Source: Lama glama (lineage: Eukaryota). Taken from it: a stretch of DNA of 64,000 nt. The position numbers and the translations under genes were made by a program. The notes beneath the pieces were generated by a model, which was given only the letters and a program-made list of their open reading frames with translations, was not told the DNA's origin and ran no database searches. The stretch covers positions 4,342,001 to 4,406,000 of the forward strand of contig CM052816.1 in the NCBI GenBank assembly GCA_028534125.1. The letters run 5' to 3'. Shown piece by piece: positions 11,701 to 24,560 of this stretch. Every line of letters starts with the position of its first letter. The stretch's first letter is position 1.

Positions 11701-13159
11701 TATGCACCCCTATGTCTGCAGCACTACTCCCAATAGCCAAGTTATGGAAGCCAGTTAAGTGTCCACTAATAGATGAATCGATAAAGAAGATGCGGGGTGT
11801 TCACATACAAGGGAATAGGACTCTGTCATAGAAAAGAATGAAACCTTGCAATGGATTTGTGATAACATGGATGGACCTGGAGTGTGTTATGCTAAGTGAA
11901 ATAAGTCAGAGAAAACAAATACTGTATGATTTCACTTACATGTGGAATCTAAAACACAAAACAAATACAGCAAAATAAAACAGAAACAGACACAGACACA
12001 AAGGACAAGCTGAGAGGGGAGGGGAGTACGGAGATGGATGAAACAGGTGAAGGGGGTTAAGAGGTACAAACTTAGAACTACAAAATAAGTAAGTCATGAG
12101 GAAGGTAATCAGTAATATTCTGACTACTTTGTATGCTGACAGATGGTAATCAGACTTACTGAGATGATCATTTTACAGTGTATAATAATATCAAGTCACT
12201 ATATTGTACACCTGAAACTAATGTAATACTATATGTTAATTATAACTCAGTAATTTTAAAATGATAGGACATGTTGTTCTCCTGAGCAACAGGCATAAAG
12301 AAATCAATATTGCAGACCATCAGAGACAATATAAGAAAAATTTTAAATGTCTACCTCTGGAACAATTTCAAATACTGTGAATTTAAAAAAAAACAGTAAA
12401 GAAATAAGGGGGGAAAAAGATTATTGTGCATATGGATTGAATACCAAACAGCAAAAAAAGAAAAATCAGAAATATTTCTAATGCTCAAAGAGAAGTCACC
12501 ATCTACATAAGAACAGCTTAAGCAGAAATTGCCAACACCCTCATGAGAGGCTCCAGTTCATCCTAGTTGTGATAGGTTTGGTGGTTTCAAACTTTGCAAT
12601 AAATTTCCAAAGCCTTCAACTATTGGGTGAAGCCACCAATACAAACAAAAAAGCTGTAAAAGAATTTCTAGCAGTGCTACCAAAAGTAGTTGAAGAAGAA
12701 AGCAATGTATGGACCACATTTTCAACTTTGATGAAGTAAGTATCAACTATAAACGCAAGCTTCAAAGGCTATATTTTCAAATGCAAAAAACAAAAAAACC
12801 ACCCAAAAAACCCAACAAAAACTCCAGAATTCAAGGTTGCAAAATATAGCAAATTTTATAACCCGTCGTCTACAATTTCATAATAACTCACAGGTAGAAA
12901 TCCTTCACTTTCCCAGCTCCAAAAGCAAACTTAAGATTTTTTTTTTTCAAGGTAATGAGCCACATGTATTGCAGTATTTATGGGCAAAGTTGTGTTACCA
13001 TTTTTATTAGATTCCTAGCTTCTGTTTTATGTGTCACTGACGAAGTTTGATTGTGATGCCCCTATCTCAATTTTTCCCATAAGCTGTGTGGTTTTTACTG
13101 CGTGACTTCACAGAGTGATATTTAGAAATATGTGGCTCATCTTAAATCATAACTTACTG
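8753..13159 (+). mobile_element. Tigger13-like (TcMar-Tigger/pogo) DNA transposon fossil, split by an L1 at 9181-12258
   Basis: Starts TA|cagtcatttcttctataa and ends ttaaatcataacttactg (decayed TIRs). Transposase remnants: RKTLTLEEK (about 9113-9139), LLCIWIEYQ (12421-12447), GEATNTNKKAVKEF (from 12626), IFNFDE (12718-12735), PEFKVAK (from 12824). Confidence 0.85.
9181..12258 (+). mobile_element. Internally deleted L1: 5' UTR start joined to ORF2 RT region through the 3' end
   Basis: 5' end ccaagatggtggcacaggaaaactctgaactcacctcc is homologous to the L1 5' end at about 62765. ORF2 begins at about 9592, with TRQGCP (10112-10129), FVDD (10240-10251), C-terminal remnants and 3' UTR. Decayed TSD at 9162-9180 / 12259-12277 (14/19). 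Confidence 0.9.
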
Positions 13160-13189
13160 CACTAACTGTGTGAGCCTGTAGAGAATACC

Positions 13190-13690
13190 TGTTAATTTGA
13201 GCTACTCAGCAAATCTGCCTTTCGGAAAATTCTCTCCCACCCCGTGTCAAGCATAAAGCCTGTTTCCACCACGGAGTGGACAGGAGCCACGTGACCCCAT
13301 CTAGCCAATCAGAGCACCCTGAACCCCTGGCCATGGTGATATTTGGACATGTGGTCCATATAGCGCCAAACTGAGTCCTCCTAACAAACTGCTTCCTGTA
13401 GCTGTCAGGAAAGAATGGTCCTCTTTTCTCCTGGGTCTCTAAGAAGCAGGAAAAACAAAAACATCTCGCTGCCTAGCAGTCATCTTTATAACCAGGAAGG
13501 ACAGCCTACAATAAATAAATCCAACACAGAATTCTAACAACATCCTATAAACTTCCAGGTCTAGCCTGGAAGCTAGTTTACCTGCGCAGATTTTCCTCAG
13601 GAATGTGGGCCAAGAGATATGCAAACATTTTAGCTATTCTGAATAGAGTTTCTATGACTAGAAACCAAAAGTGCATTGAGTAACATACCC
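13190..13690 (+). mobile_element. ERVL LTR16-like solo LTR
   Basis: agccaatcagagcaccctgaacccctggccatggtgat and the end gagtttctatgactagaaaccaaaagtgcattgagtaacata resemble the LTR16 family. Confidence 0.6.
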
Positions 13691-14792
13691 TGGTCAGAGA
13701 AGCTTCTTATGATGTCCCAGGTTTGATGGTGCCCTGTTGTCTGTTCCTACAAAACACTCTACTTGTCCTTTGGAGCAGCCAGGACACAGGTAATGCTTTG
13801 TTCCCTGCAGTACCATCAGCTCCACGAGGGAAGAGATGCTTCTGTTTACCGCTTTTTCTCAAGGATTAGCCCAGGCATGGCACCTCAAGGAGGTGCAGTG
13901 ACTGTGAGGACAATGCGTGAACAGCGAATGAGGGAAGAGAGGCTCACCCTTGGCCACGCTGAGCCTGTTTGCTCCTCTCTCAGAGATGCAGGTGATTGCT
14001 GCCTGCCTTTTTTATGGGGATCTAATGAGATAATGTTTGTGAAAGTGCTGTGCTAGCTATAAAGTGATAATTATTATTCATTCAGCACATACTTTACTGC
14101 AGTAGTAAAGAGGAACATAATGGAGTTGATAAAAGCATGGGTGCAGGACATCAGAGTGGGTCTGAAAATCAGCACTGTATCTTATCAGCTGTCTGATTTG
14201 GGACACGTTACAGACCTTTCACACATCTTCTCTGAGCCTCTGTCTCAGGTTTTGTGAGGACTCAACAAGTTAATACAAGTACCTAAACATGTCTTAGGTA
14301 TGTTACGTACTCTATCTGACACACACTGATTTACAGAAAAGGGCTCTGTCCCTGAGAAGCTCACAGGCCAATAAGAAGGTAAAGCACACACACACACATA
14401 CACATAAGTGGCTTGAACACAGACAGACCTGGTACCCTAAAGGAGCTGTAAAGTGATATACGGTATCAGAGGAGATCATGACAGATCCATCACATTAGCT
14501 CTTTCAAAATACACACATTGTTCCCCTAAAGGTACTAAGGTATCATCATGCTAAGCATTACTTTCATTGCCAAGCGAGGCTTAAGAAACGCTTACAAACA
14601 ATGGTATTAAATTACGATCACACAGTTTCTTGTTTGCATAGTTCTATATGGTAAATTCAAAACCATTTAGATTCACATCAGGAAAAAAAAATGCGTACCA
14701 ACCTTCAATCACAGAAGCGTCCATGGCATCAATGTGGTCAGGTAGTTACCAGAAAAACTGCTACCATCAAAGGATGTCTAGCGGGCAAGGGA

Positions 14793-15273
14793 CTGGGAAG
14801 CTACGGTGGCCTCCAAAAATGTCCCTGGTCTAATCTATGGAACTTGTAGATGTTATATACGACTTATATGGCTAAGGGATTTTGTAGATTCAGTCAGGTT
14901 AAGGATCTTGAGATGGGGTGATTATCTTGGATTATCTGGGTGGGCCTGATATATAATCACAGGGACCGTCATAAAAAGCACACAGAAGGAGACAGAAGGC
15001 CCTCGGGCAAATGGAAGCAGGGGTTAGATTGATGGGCCTTAACGTGGAGGAAGCGGCCACAAGTGAAATACAGGTGGCCACTAGCAGCTGAAAAAGGCAA
15101 GTAAATAAATTCTCCCCTCTGAGTATCCAGAAGGATCCAGCCCTGCTGATACCCTGGCTTTAGGTATCTGAATCTGGATTTCTGACTTCCAGAACTGTGA
15201 AGGGAGTAAATGTGTGTTGTTTAACCCACTAAGTTTGGAGCGATTTTTTAAAACAACCAAAAGAAACTAAAAG
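14793..15273 (+). mobile_element. MaLR solo LTR (MLT1C/D-like)
   Basis: ttaaggatcttgagatggggtgattatcttggattatctgggtgggcc ... ctgacttccagaactgtga ... tgtgtgttgtttaacccactaagtttgg. Confidence 0.85.
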
Positions 15274-15809
15274 AGAGACAGAAGAAAAATGGCCCCTGTT
15301 CTTGCATTTCTGCTCTGATTTTTTAATGGCAAAGAATGTTACAAAGCACCCCAGATATGACCCCCAATCGAGAGTTCACTGACTGATGGGTAGAAACTGC
15401 CTTAAAATTGCGAAAAAGCTTTCTACTACAACAATCCTGAAATCAAGCTAAAAGGCTAACCTTCCAAAACCTCAAAAATATCTTGAAATGACTGAGGATT
15501 TCGAGCAAAGGTAAGACCCAACTCAAAGTTAAAATCTTGCAGTTTGGGGGGAAAAAGTTCCTGATTGTCACCATTCTTGCATGTTAATTTTATGAAAAAA
15601 AATTCATTCCAAATCTATATTGAGAACTTGAGAGGTGAGGCATAGTTACAAAGGAGTGAGTTCAATTTTTATCAAGCATTCTACAACTCAAAACGTCCAA
15701 ATGCACGCTGTAATTTTGAAAGACAACTGCGGGGTGAGGGGGCCAGTATATGCTCATCCTAACAATGCTTCTGTATCACCATCACCTCCCCACCCACACC
15801 CCGTGCTCT

Positions 15810-16205
15810 GGCCACATGGCTGCCTTCCCTGCTGCCTGCCTTTGCACATGCTATTCCCTTGCTTGCAGCATCCTTCTCCCATCTACCAACCCAAGGACCT
15901 GGGAAAAGGTATTCAATCTTAAATATTCTTCAAGACAACCCAAAAATTGTATCTTTAGGTAAGTTTCTTTTGACAACCCCCCAGCAAGCTCCCTGTGTTT
16001 TGCAACCCATGCCATCTTAGAACAGAGTTTCATTAGCAGTTACTCCACTGTTAAAATTATTTGTTTACACATCTGTCTCCCCAACCTCCTCAAGGTCTCT
16101 TTTGGACAGTGATAATGCCCTATTCATCTTTGAATCCTGAATGCTCAGCACCATGTCTGGAACATAAAAGACATTAAAAACGTTTGCTAAAGAAACCAAT
16201 GCATT
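15810..16205 (+). mobile_element. L2 3' fragment
   Basis: cctttgcacatgctattccctt ... tattcatctttgaatcc ... cagcaccatgtctggaacata. Confidence 0.6.
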
Positions 16206-17629
16206 AATGCAGCCACTTCGGAAAACCAGTGTCAATAACTTGCCACCTATCTTGGAGATCTTGAAGGCTTAGCTCCACAAAAAAACTCTGTTTCTAAAAA
16301 TCAAATATACACGTGAAAAGGAGAGTTGCTACAAAGGAGGACCTAGAAAACAGTAAGTAAATAAAGCATGGATTCTGGACTTGGACAGACCTATCCTCCA
16401 ATCCATCTGGGCTACCACCTACATAACCTGATTCTCTCTACCCCCTTTCGACTTTGTCTCCTACTAGTTTTTCCCTTATTCACATGTCTCCAGCCAAATT
16501 ACCGTCCCTCTCGTCTCTCCTGGAAACCCAGTGGATTTTTGCGAAGAGAAAAAGAGCAAATATACGTGAAAGCATTTTGAAAATATCGAAGTGTTACACA
16601 GGTATTTGCTACTATCATTGCTAGTCTAAATAGCTAGTCTTGACAGTATGGAGTGGCCAAGACGTACTGTTCCACCTGCCAGGTTCCCTTTGTTCTCCCA
16701 GAAGCAACACTCTTCTCTCCCGTGAGGGGGGAAATGCTCCCCACCTCCTATCCATTAGTCCCAACGAACAGGACCTGAGACCAGGTCTATCTCCCATGGC
16801 TTACCTACGTACCCCAATACCGTCTCCATTTTCGATTTGGTTTGTTACTTGTAACAAAAAGATTCCAGATTAATGAATGTTGCTAACTAAAGAGTAAACC
16901 AAAGCAATATTCTCAATTATTTCTTCATAAAAGTCAAATGAGTAACTTTTCTGAGTTTTTTCTTTTTAAGGATAATAATGCAAATATTTATTAGGCATTT
17001 TGCTCACCAACATTGCAGTGCATTAGAGGAGAATCCAGAGAAAGAGAAAAGCCTCCATGAAGTAAGAGCAGCACACGTCAAAGCACGGCAGGGGTCCAGG
17101 AAGCGTGAGCGCTAACTGACCGGATGCCTCTGCACAAGGGACTTTCCGTCTCTGCGCATCACTTTTCTCATCTACAAATTGCCGGGGTTCATCTGCACTC
17201 GAAGCCACTAAAAACATCTATTTTGTGGTTCAGAATGCAGCAGCACTTCCACTGAGTTTTGATGCCAAAAATTCAAACTTCTTTGGGTAAAGAAAGAAAC
17301 AAAGAACTCCTCACTGGGATTTAAATAAAAGTTCAAATATTCAGAATACTTAAGAGGTCATTTCTCGAGTTTTTCAAAGCAAAAGCAGAGCCATTATTCA
17401 GCATGTGATTAATGAACTGAAAACAGGAGATTCCCAGGAAAGTTACCTTTTTATGAACTGATGTAGCTTGCTGGACAAGAACCGGTAAAGAGGACTAAAT
17501 TCATCCCCTGCTAAAAAGTGGCTAATTCTATAATCAGTCACAGCCGCAGCACTCAATGCTGCAACAAGTACTGAGTGAGCAACAATTACATGACCGGTGC
17601 TGAGCGGAATGCAGGAAGGGATAAACTGG

Positions 17630-18198
17630 ATTTGTAATCTCACCTCCCTGCTTGCACGCCACTGCGCTTGGACTAAAATCCAAATTCATTACCTGACTTT
17701 TAAGGCCTGATTTTGAAGACGCTTACTTTCCCAGTATCATCTTCTGCCACTCTCTCCCTCAATCTCCTTCCTCCAGCCAAAGTTCTCTTTCAGAGCCTTC
17801 TACATCCATGCATTTTCTTGCTTCATTGTCCCTGAATATACTCCTACTGGATATTCCTTCTGCCTGGAATGTTAAACCCCCATTCAGTCCATGGCTGGCT
17901 GGGTCCTTCCCATCCCTCAGGCCAGCCTTAAAATATGTGCAACCTTCTCAGCCAGACTTTTCCTAATCTCATCCTCCTTCTTCCTTCCACCCCAATGTCG
18001 TCACCATTATTTACCTTCTTAGTCCCACATTAGTTCTCTTCAAGTTGTGATTATTTATTTGCTTGCCTCCTTGGGCTTTGCCTGGGTCTGGGGAGAGGGT
18101 AGAGACATGGTGGACTGTTTTGTTTACTGCTGTGTCTTCAGTACATCGCACAATACTGAGTACACGCTGTGAAGATTCCCTGAATGAATGAATGAATG
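17630..18198 (+). mobile_element. L2 3' end
   Basis: L2-like body (ttccttctgcctggaatg; tgttttgtttactgctgtgtc) ending in the characteristic (TGAA)n tail at 18181-18197. Confidence 0.7.
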
Positions 18199-19749
18199 GA
18201 AAGAGGAGATTCATATAATAATAGCTGTAACATAAGGTAGTATACATGAATGTTTACATAGTAGAAAAAATAGAAACAAGTGTTACAAACAAAAACATCA
18301 AAGAGAAAAAGTGCAAAGCATGGTCTGAGGAGTGAAAGAAATCTCCCGTCAGGTATCAAAGGACACAACTGGTGAGACCACAGCAATGAAAGGTCCTGAT
18401 GGCTAAACGAGGGAGTCTGTATTTACCTCATGAGCCCTGGGGAATCATGTAAACTTTCTAATCAAGAGGGTTTTAGAAGGATTACTCTGCTGCCAGTACT
18501 GACGTGTAATGGATGCAGACCTGCAAGGGGCTATGCCAACAGGCCAGACCGACATATGACCAAAGAGTAAAAGAATCTAAGGAAAAATGAGAATAAATGC
18601 AAGACAGTTTGCCATTGGTTGGATGTGGAAGGTGAAAGAGTAAGGAATATTCAGGCTTACACCAAGGTTGACAGCTGGAGAGCGTGGGAAGAGTGAAGGT
18701 GCTGCATTAGAGGAGGAGGAGGATGGTTTCCACTCTGGCAACCCTTACCCTTTAAGACAAAATAAAAGACCCAGACTCCAAGAATTTGTTACCTGCAGCC
18801 ATGTTCTCCTCCTGCTATGCAAGTCTCCCCTCCAAACTTTCCCTTTTTCTTGCTGTAATTGAAAATGCCTGTCGTTTTTTGGCTGTTTATAAGAATAATT
18901 AAAAATGCATGAAATACAGATTTGCTTAAAAGAGAAAGTGAAATCTCCTTCCAGGCACTTCACATACTCCCTCCTCCCACAAGAACCTCTGTTCAGTTTG
19001 GAACACATCCCAGCAGAATTTTTATGCATATGTTAACTCACATTAAAAAAAATAAATAACATCATATTATATATGCAGTTCTATAAGCTTCCTTTTATTT
19101 ATTACTTTATGTATCATTAACACTCTTCCTGACTAATACATATAGATCCTATTTATCTTTTTAAAGGACAGTTTGGTAAGACATTGTAACGTGTTCTATA
19201 ATGAATTTAATCAACCCCCTATTGATGGACATTTAGGATATTTTCAATTGCTGTCATTTTAAGCAACACCTCAGTGAATACCCTTGAATACGTCTCTGGG
19301 TGCAGCTATTTGGTTATTTCTGCAAGCACATGGCCGAAGTATTAAATGGGTCAACCTCTCCAGAGGCTCTACAGGATGATCAGCAGGGCTGAGAGGGGCA
19401 CCAGGGTCGTACCCTCTGGCTCAGCGCCTCAAACCTCGCTTTGTAAAAGGACAACATGCAAATCAAGAGGGATATCTGGGGTGATTCGCTCCAAGGTCAA
19501 ATAGGTCTTTCTGCACCAAAGACACAGTCCTTCAGGAGATAAACAATGTTCCATCAAACAAAGGCAAAACTCAGAAGAAGGGGTTCTCACCGTTTTGGAG
19601 TTGTTTGTTTTTATTTTTGTGGTTTTTCTAATTTAGGCCCAATGCCATGCCTAACACAGTCTGACATTCCTGAACACTCTCAGCCCTCTACGCCAGGGAG
19701 CTCTCACGGCATTTAGTTCACACCTTGATTTAGTACTTTTTCCACCGTG

Positions 19750-19890
19750 ACAACTGATTTACTTACCTACTTCCTGGTCTAGATTCTGAGCTCCCCAGGG
19801 ACAGGGAACTCCACTTATTCATTATTGTATTCCGGTATCTAATGCACAGTAGACGCTCAGGAAGCACTGGCTGTATGAATGAATGGATGC
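19750..19890 (+). mobile_element. L2 3' end
   Basis: ctagattctgagctccccagggacaggg...gcacagtagacgctcagg...tgaatgaatgg. Confidence 0.65.
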
Positions 19891-20464
19891 ACAGACAAGT
19901 GAATAAATGAGTGCATGCTTGCAAGGCCATACGACACAACTATTTCCAGTATTACTAGAAAGTTTCTTGGGAAAGAGAGCTGCTGGTGTTTGTTTAGTGT
20001 TCTGCCACTTCCAGCTCTCACTAAATCTCATAAAATTCAAGGAACTGGAGCTCTACATAAAGAAGCAATTGACACACCTTCCATGGGCTCCCACAGGGAG
20101 GGTCCTGCTGAGCCATGGGGATGAAAATCACCAGGAGGTGAGATCCTGTGGGACGTACATCCAGGAGGCCCGCCCTCCTTCCACGGCACTGCTTATGGTG
20201 AGGGGCTGAAGAGTCTGCTAAGGGGCACGCACACATGATCAAGAAAAACTCACAGGACTCACACCCACACGGGGGCCACACGTGACTAACGGCAACAAGC
20301 TCAGGAGAGTGACTAGGATGGAGAAAGACTGAAACCATGCCAGGCAAGAGGTGGCTAAAGGTGCTGGGCCTGCTTGTCCTGGAGGATGGAGAGGGAGCTG
20401 TGGAGGGGTGGTCACTCCCCACGCACACTGCAGGGGCTCCTCCAAGGGGAAGAACTCAGATCCA

Positions 20465-20700
20465 CTAAGAGCACAGACTCTGGAGTCAGATGGACTGGAT
20501 TAAGCTCGAATCCCAGCTTTGACACTGATTCTTCTATGTCCTTGGGCCATCACTGAACCTCCCCTGGCTTCAATGTGCTCATCTATAAAATGGGGATAAT
20601 AGTAATTACCCTACAGAGTTCTTGGGAATGAGATAATGTCTATAAAACCCTTAACACAATGTTTTGATTGCTATCTATTAATTCAGTAAGTGTTAATGTA
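20465..20700 (+). mobile_element. MIR SINE, near full length
   Basis: aagagcacagactctggagtcaga...gaatcccagc...ctcatctataaaatggggataatagta. Confidence 0.85.
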
Positions 20701-23700
20701 ACTGGGCATCTGGACAAAATTCAAAGGGTATAATCTATTTTTGATTTACCATGGCCCCTAAAATCTGCTCTGTGGGTTTAGCTGCAGTGCTACCTGGATA
20801 AAAAGGTAAGCAGTCCAATGACATTTCTGATCACTCTTAGAGAGCTTCCTCATCCGACTCATTATCAGTCTTGACTGAGAATTAGAAAGCCTAGCCTGGC
20901 AGGCAAACACACACTGCATTCTTTTCCCAAAGGGAGGGCCTCTTTACCTCCTGCCACCAGCCATAGACTTGCTGTCTGAGGGCCATCTGCCACGAAAAAG
21001 GAGTGGCTTTTCCTCTCCTGCTTACCTCCTTCCCTTCCAGGAAGCTGCTGCGTGTGATCTGGTTAAGTCCATGCAGGAGAGGATGGAGAGGTGACAGGGA
21101 TGTGAACTCTCACATGGGCTGCACCACCCTGTGATCGCTTTCCTGTTCCCGGCAACCGGCGGGTTCCTTAAGCAGACTCTACCCTTCACGGGCACAGTTA
21201 TGGGTTCTCCCTGCTAGGTGCCTCCACTGTAACTTCCTCTGGCTAGTTGAGTATTCCTCCCTCAGCTTCTGTCCCTAAGGGAACGCCCCAGCCTCTTCAA
21301 GTTGGGGTCCCTTCTCCCCTGCATGCTGTCCTCTTGGGCAGGATTCTTCTCCAATGACCCCTGGCCAACAGGCATACTCCAAGTTCTGTATCTGGCCCCC
21401 AGACTTGCACAGGAGTGCCATCCTCAGGAGTGGCACTCTCCCCCCACGGCCTGCTGGAGTTCTCTCAGGTGTGGGTCTGGCATCAGACAACCACCTCCCT
21501 CAGCTTCTCCCCCAGGTCGCCCTGCAGATGACCTTCCCACAAGACTTAAGGTGAGGAGGGCAGGTGTTCTGTATGGCCCCTACTTGGTAGTGGGGAGGAG
21601 CTGGGAATCTCAGCAACACATTTGCAAGGAAATTCTTACAAAACCATCTTTTCATTGTTTCTTGAGCTCAGTCTGCAACCTGTAAACCCACAGCATCCCA
21701 GCCAATCCCAGCCTACATCAGCTGAGTCACAGGTGACTTGCAAAACTGAGCTTACTGTGAGGCACTGCATCTGGAAGTATTTCGTTTGTTTCATTTTGTT
21801 TGCTTTATGGAGCTTTTAAAGATCAAGAGCTGCTTATGTGGTGGTTAGTCTCTAACTAACAACCTTTTTATTATTCTTAGTTCTTCAAACTTTCTGGAAT
21901 TATCTTTTCTATCTTTTCTTACTACTGTCTATTTCCTCACTAGACAGCTTAATGAAAGTTGGGATCTTGTCATTATTATTAAGAATCTTACACTCCCTGA
22001 CACATAGTAGCCATTCAACAAGGATTTGTAAAATAAATGATTAGATGATGGGTTAGACGATTTTAAAAGAAAAAAAATTACAAAGTGAAAATTTTAAGTT
22101 TCCCTCCCTATAGTCTCTCTTCCAAAGGTAACACTTCTAGCATAATTCTTAAGTATCTTGAAAAGAAAGAAAAGAAGAAGGAAAAAGTATGTACATGTAT
22201 CACACAGGAAAGAGAAAGAGAGTGAGACAGAGGTCTATAATTGAGAGAGAGATGTTTATAGCTTTTATAGGATTTGGGGTTGCTTTTATACTAAAGGAAT
22301 CATACTATTTCTTGAGCCCCCACCACCCTGCCCCTGCTGTTTTTGTTGCTTTAGCTTGGAATGTGTATTGGAGAGCTTCCAGTATCAGCCACCAGTTCAT
22401 CCACATCAAGGCTCAGTAATACCCCACTCTATGACATTACTTTATTCAGTCACTCTCCCTTCAATGGGTCTATGTATTTTTTTCACAATTGTGTTCAGTT
22501 TTGCTATTCCAAATGATGCTTTTGAGAACAACCTTGTAGATTACTTGAACACAGCCCATCACATTACAGACATTCTGAAACTCTGGCCTGAAGACAGGAA
22601 TCCTCATCTTGTTGGGAGATCCTAATTTTTATGCCCCACCAGTCAAGGAGATTTTATAAAGCTTTATAGCTTGGTTAACAAAACAACATTGTTTTTCATT
22701 GCTTAGTTATTTTTGAACACTGAAAATGCTTTTCATTAGCCAGCAGCCCCTCTTCCCTCTCATGTTCTAGCTCAAGATTCTGGTAACACACCGTCTGAGA
22801 AGTCAGCCTCCCTGGTTGAGCATCGCTGCCCTAACACACCAGGTTTCAGCCCTGAGATTAGAAAGGTCAGTACTAGCATGTCTTCAAAGAGCAAGATGAT
22901 CAAAAATTGGGGCAAGGGACAATGATTTCAATCCCAGTAACAAGAGAGTTTAATGAAAGAATCAAATGACGACAAAACAAAAGAACAAGGGCAAGAACCA
23001 AGCATACTGTTTCGAAACAAACATCAGGCATCACTCAGCTACAGGAGATACGTGCTCTCAGCACAGCGCACTGTCCTTCAGCAGCAGTTGCCCAAGCCCA
23101 AGGACCCAGTTCGGCTCCTCCACCAACAGTGTCTGCAGGAGGCTGCGGAAAGGGTAAAGCACAATTCAACAGTGTCTTTTCACTTTTGTTGTGCTCCTGA
23201 TGACAGGGATCTAATTCACCGACTCAAGGTACTCCTTACTCAAGCAAACACACATTGTCACTGCAAAGTCATAAATACAAAAATTTAAAAAAAAACTAAG
23301 TACTGGGAGAAATGCTGTAATACAAGGAATTGTATTATGATACACAGGTATGTTCTGGTAAGTGATACAGGTGAAGACAAACCTTTAGTGCTGCCGTAAA
23401 GATTACATGAGTGCCCGGCACAGGGAAAGGGCTAACTAGGTGACAGTTGCTGCTATTATTATTATTACCATTACGTGCAAAGGTACACTGCAAACTGCAA
23501 AGCACCACAGATCATATTGTTACTATTAGCAGAGAGCAATTTTACGAAAATCAAAGATGTTTTTGTTGTTTTCCACAGTGATCAATAGAGAAAGCAGAAG
23601 AATCACATAAATTTTGAATGGGAGGAACACTATGCAGCATTTCACTCGAGTGTCTTTTTTTTTCTTTTTTTCAGATGAGCAACCTAAAATCATCCATATG

Positions 23701-23844
23701 TGACTTGGCCAACAGGACCAGCTGGTTAGTGCTTCAACTGGATACCATTATTTCACAATTGTCAGGTCTTGTATTTGGTTTGTCCCCCTCAACGACCCTG
23801 GGTGAGCTGGGGTATGGGAGTCTGGAAGATTATAAACAGTAAAA

Positions 23845-24080
23845 CTGTACAGCAATGCCTGGCATAGGCTTCAGAACCAAACACAAGAGGCATCTCATTC
23901 CAGCTCAGCCAGTTAGTGACTGTCTGCACTTGTTCAAATAATTTCGCTTTCCTGAGACTCAAATGTGTCTCATTTTTGTAAAGCAATGATAATAACACTT
24001 GCCTGGCAGAATGACACAAATAGTTAGGAAAGGTACTGAGCATCATGTGTGGCACATAGTGAAGGCTCAGTAACTGCTAG
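23845..24080 (+). mobile_element. MIR SINE
   Basis: ctcatttttgtaaagcaatgataataacactt...ggcacatagtgaaggctcagtaactgctag. Confidence 0.7.
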
Positions 24081-24082
24081 AC

Positions 24083-24560
24083 ATGATGATGGTGATAATG
24101 ATGGTGATGCTGATAATGGTGAGGGTGATGGTGATGATAATAATGATGATGGTGATGATGGTGAGGGTGATGATGATGATAATGATAATAATGATGATGA
24201 TGGTGATAATGATAATGATGATGATGGTGATGATGGTGATAATGATGATGATGGTGAGGATGATGGTGATAATAATGATGATGGTGATGATGATAATAAT
24301 GATGGTGATGATGATGTTGGTGAGGGTGATGATGGTGATAATAATGATGATGGTGAGGATGATGGTGATAATAATGATGATGGTGAGGATGATGGTGATA
24401 ATAATGATGATGGTGAGGATGATGGTGATGATGATAATAATGATGGTGATGATGATGATGATGATGTTGGTGAGGGTGATGGTGATCATGGTGAGGATGA
24501 TGGTGATGATGGTGAGGATGATGATGGTGACGATAGTGAAGATGATGATGAGGATAATGG
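24083..24560. repeat. Compound (GAT/GGT/AAT)n trinucleotide repeat with a 30-bp higher-order unit
   Basis: About 480 bp; gatggtgataataatgatgatggtgaggat occurs three times exactly at 24331-24420. Confidence 0.95.

Noticed and set aside
22953..23288. 111-aa ATG-initiated ORF in non-repeat DNA followed by an A-run
   Set aside because: No recognisable homology, no TSD or clear retrocopy signature, and antisense to the inferred gene; a BLAST search would be needed to revive it.
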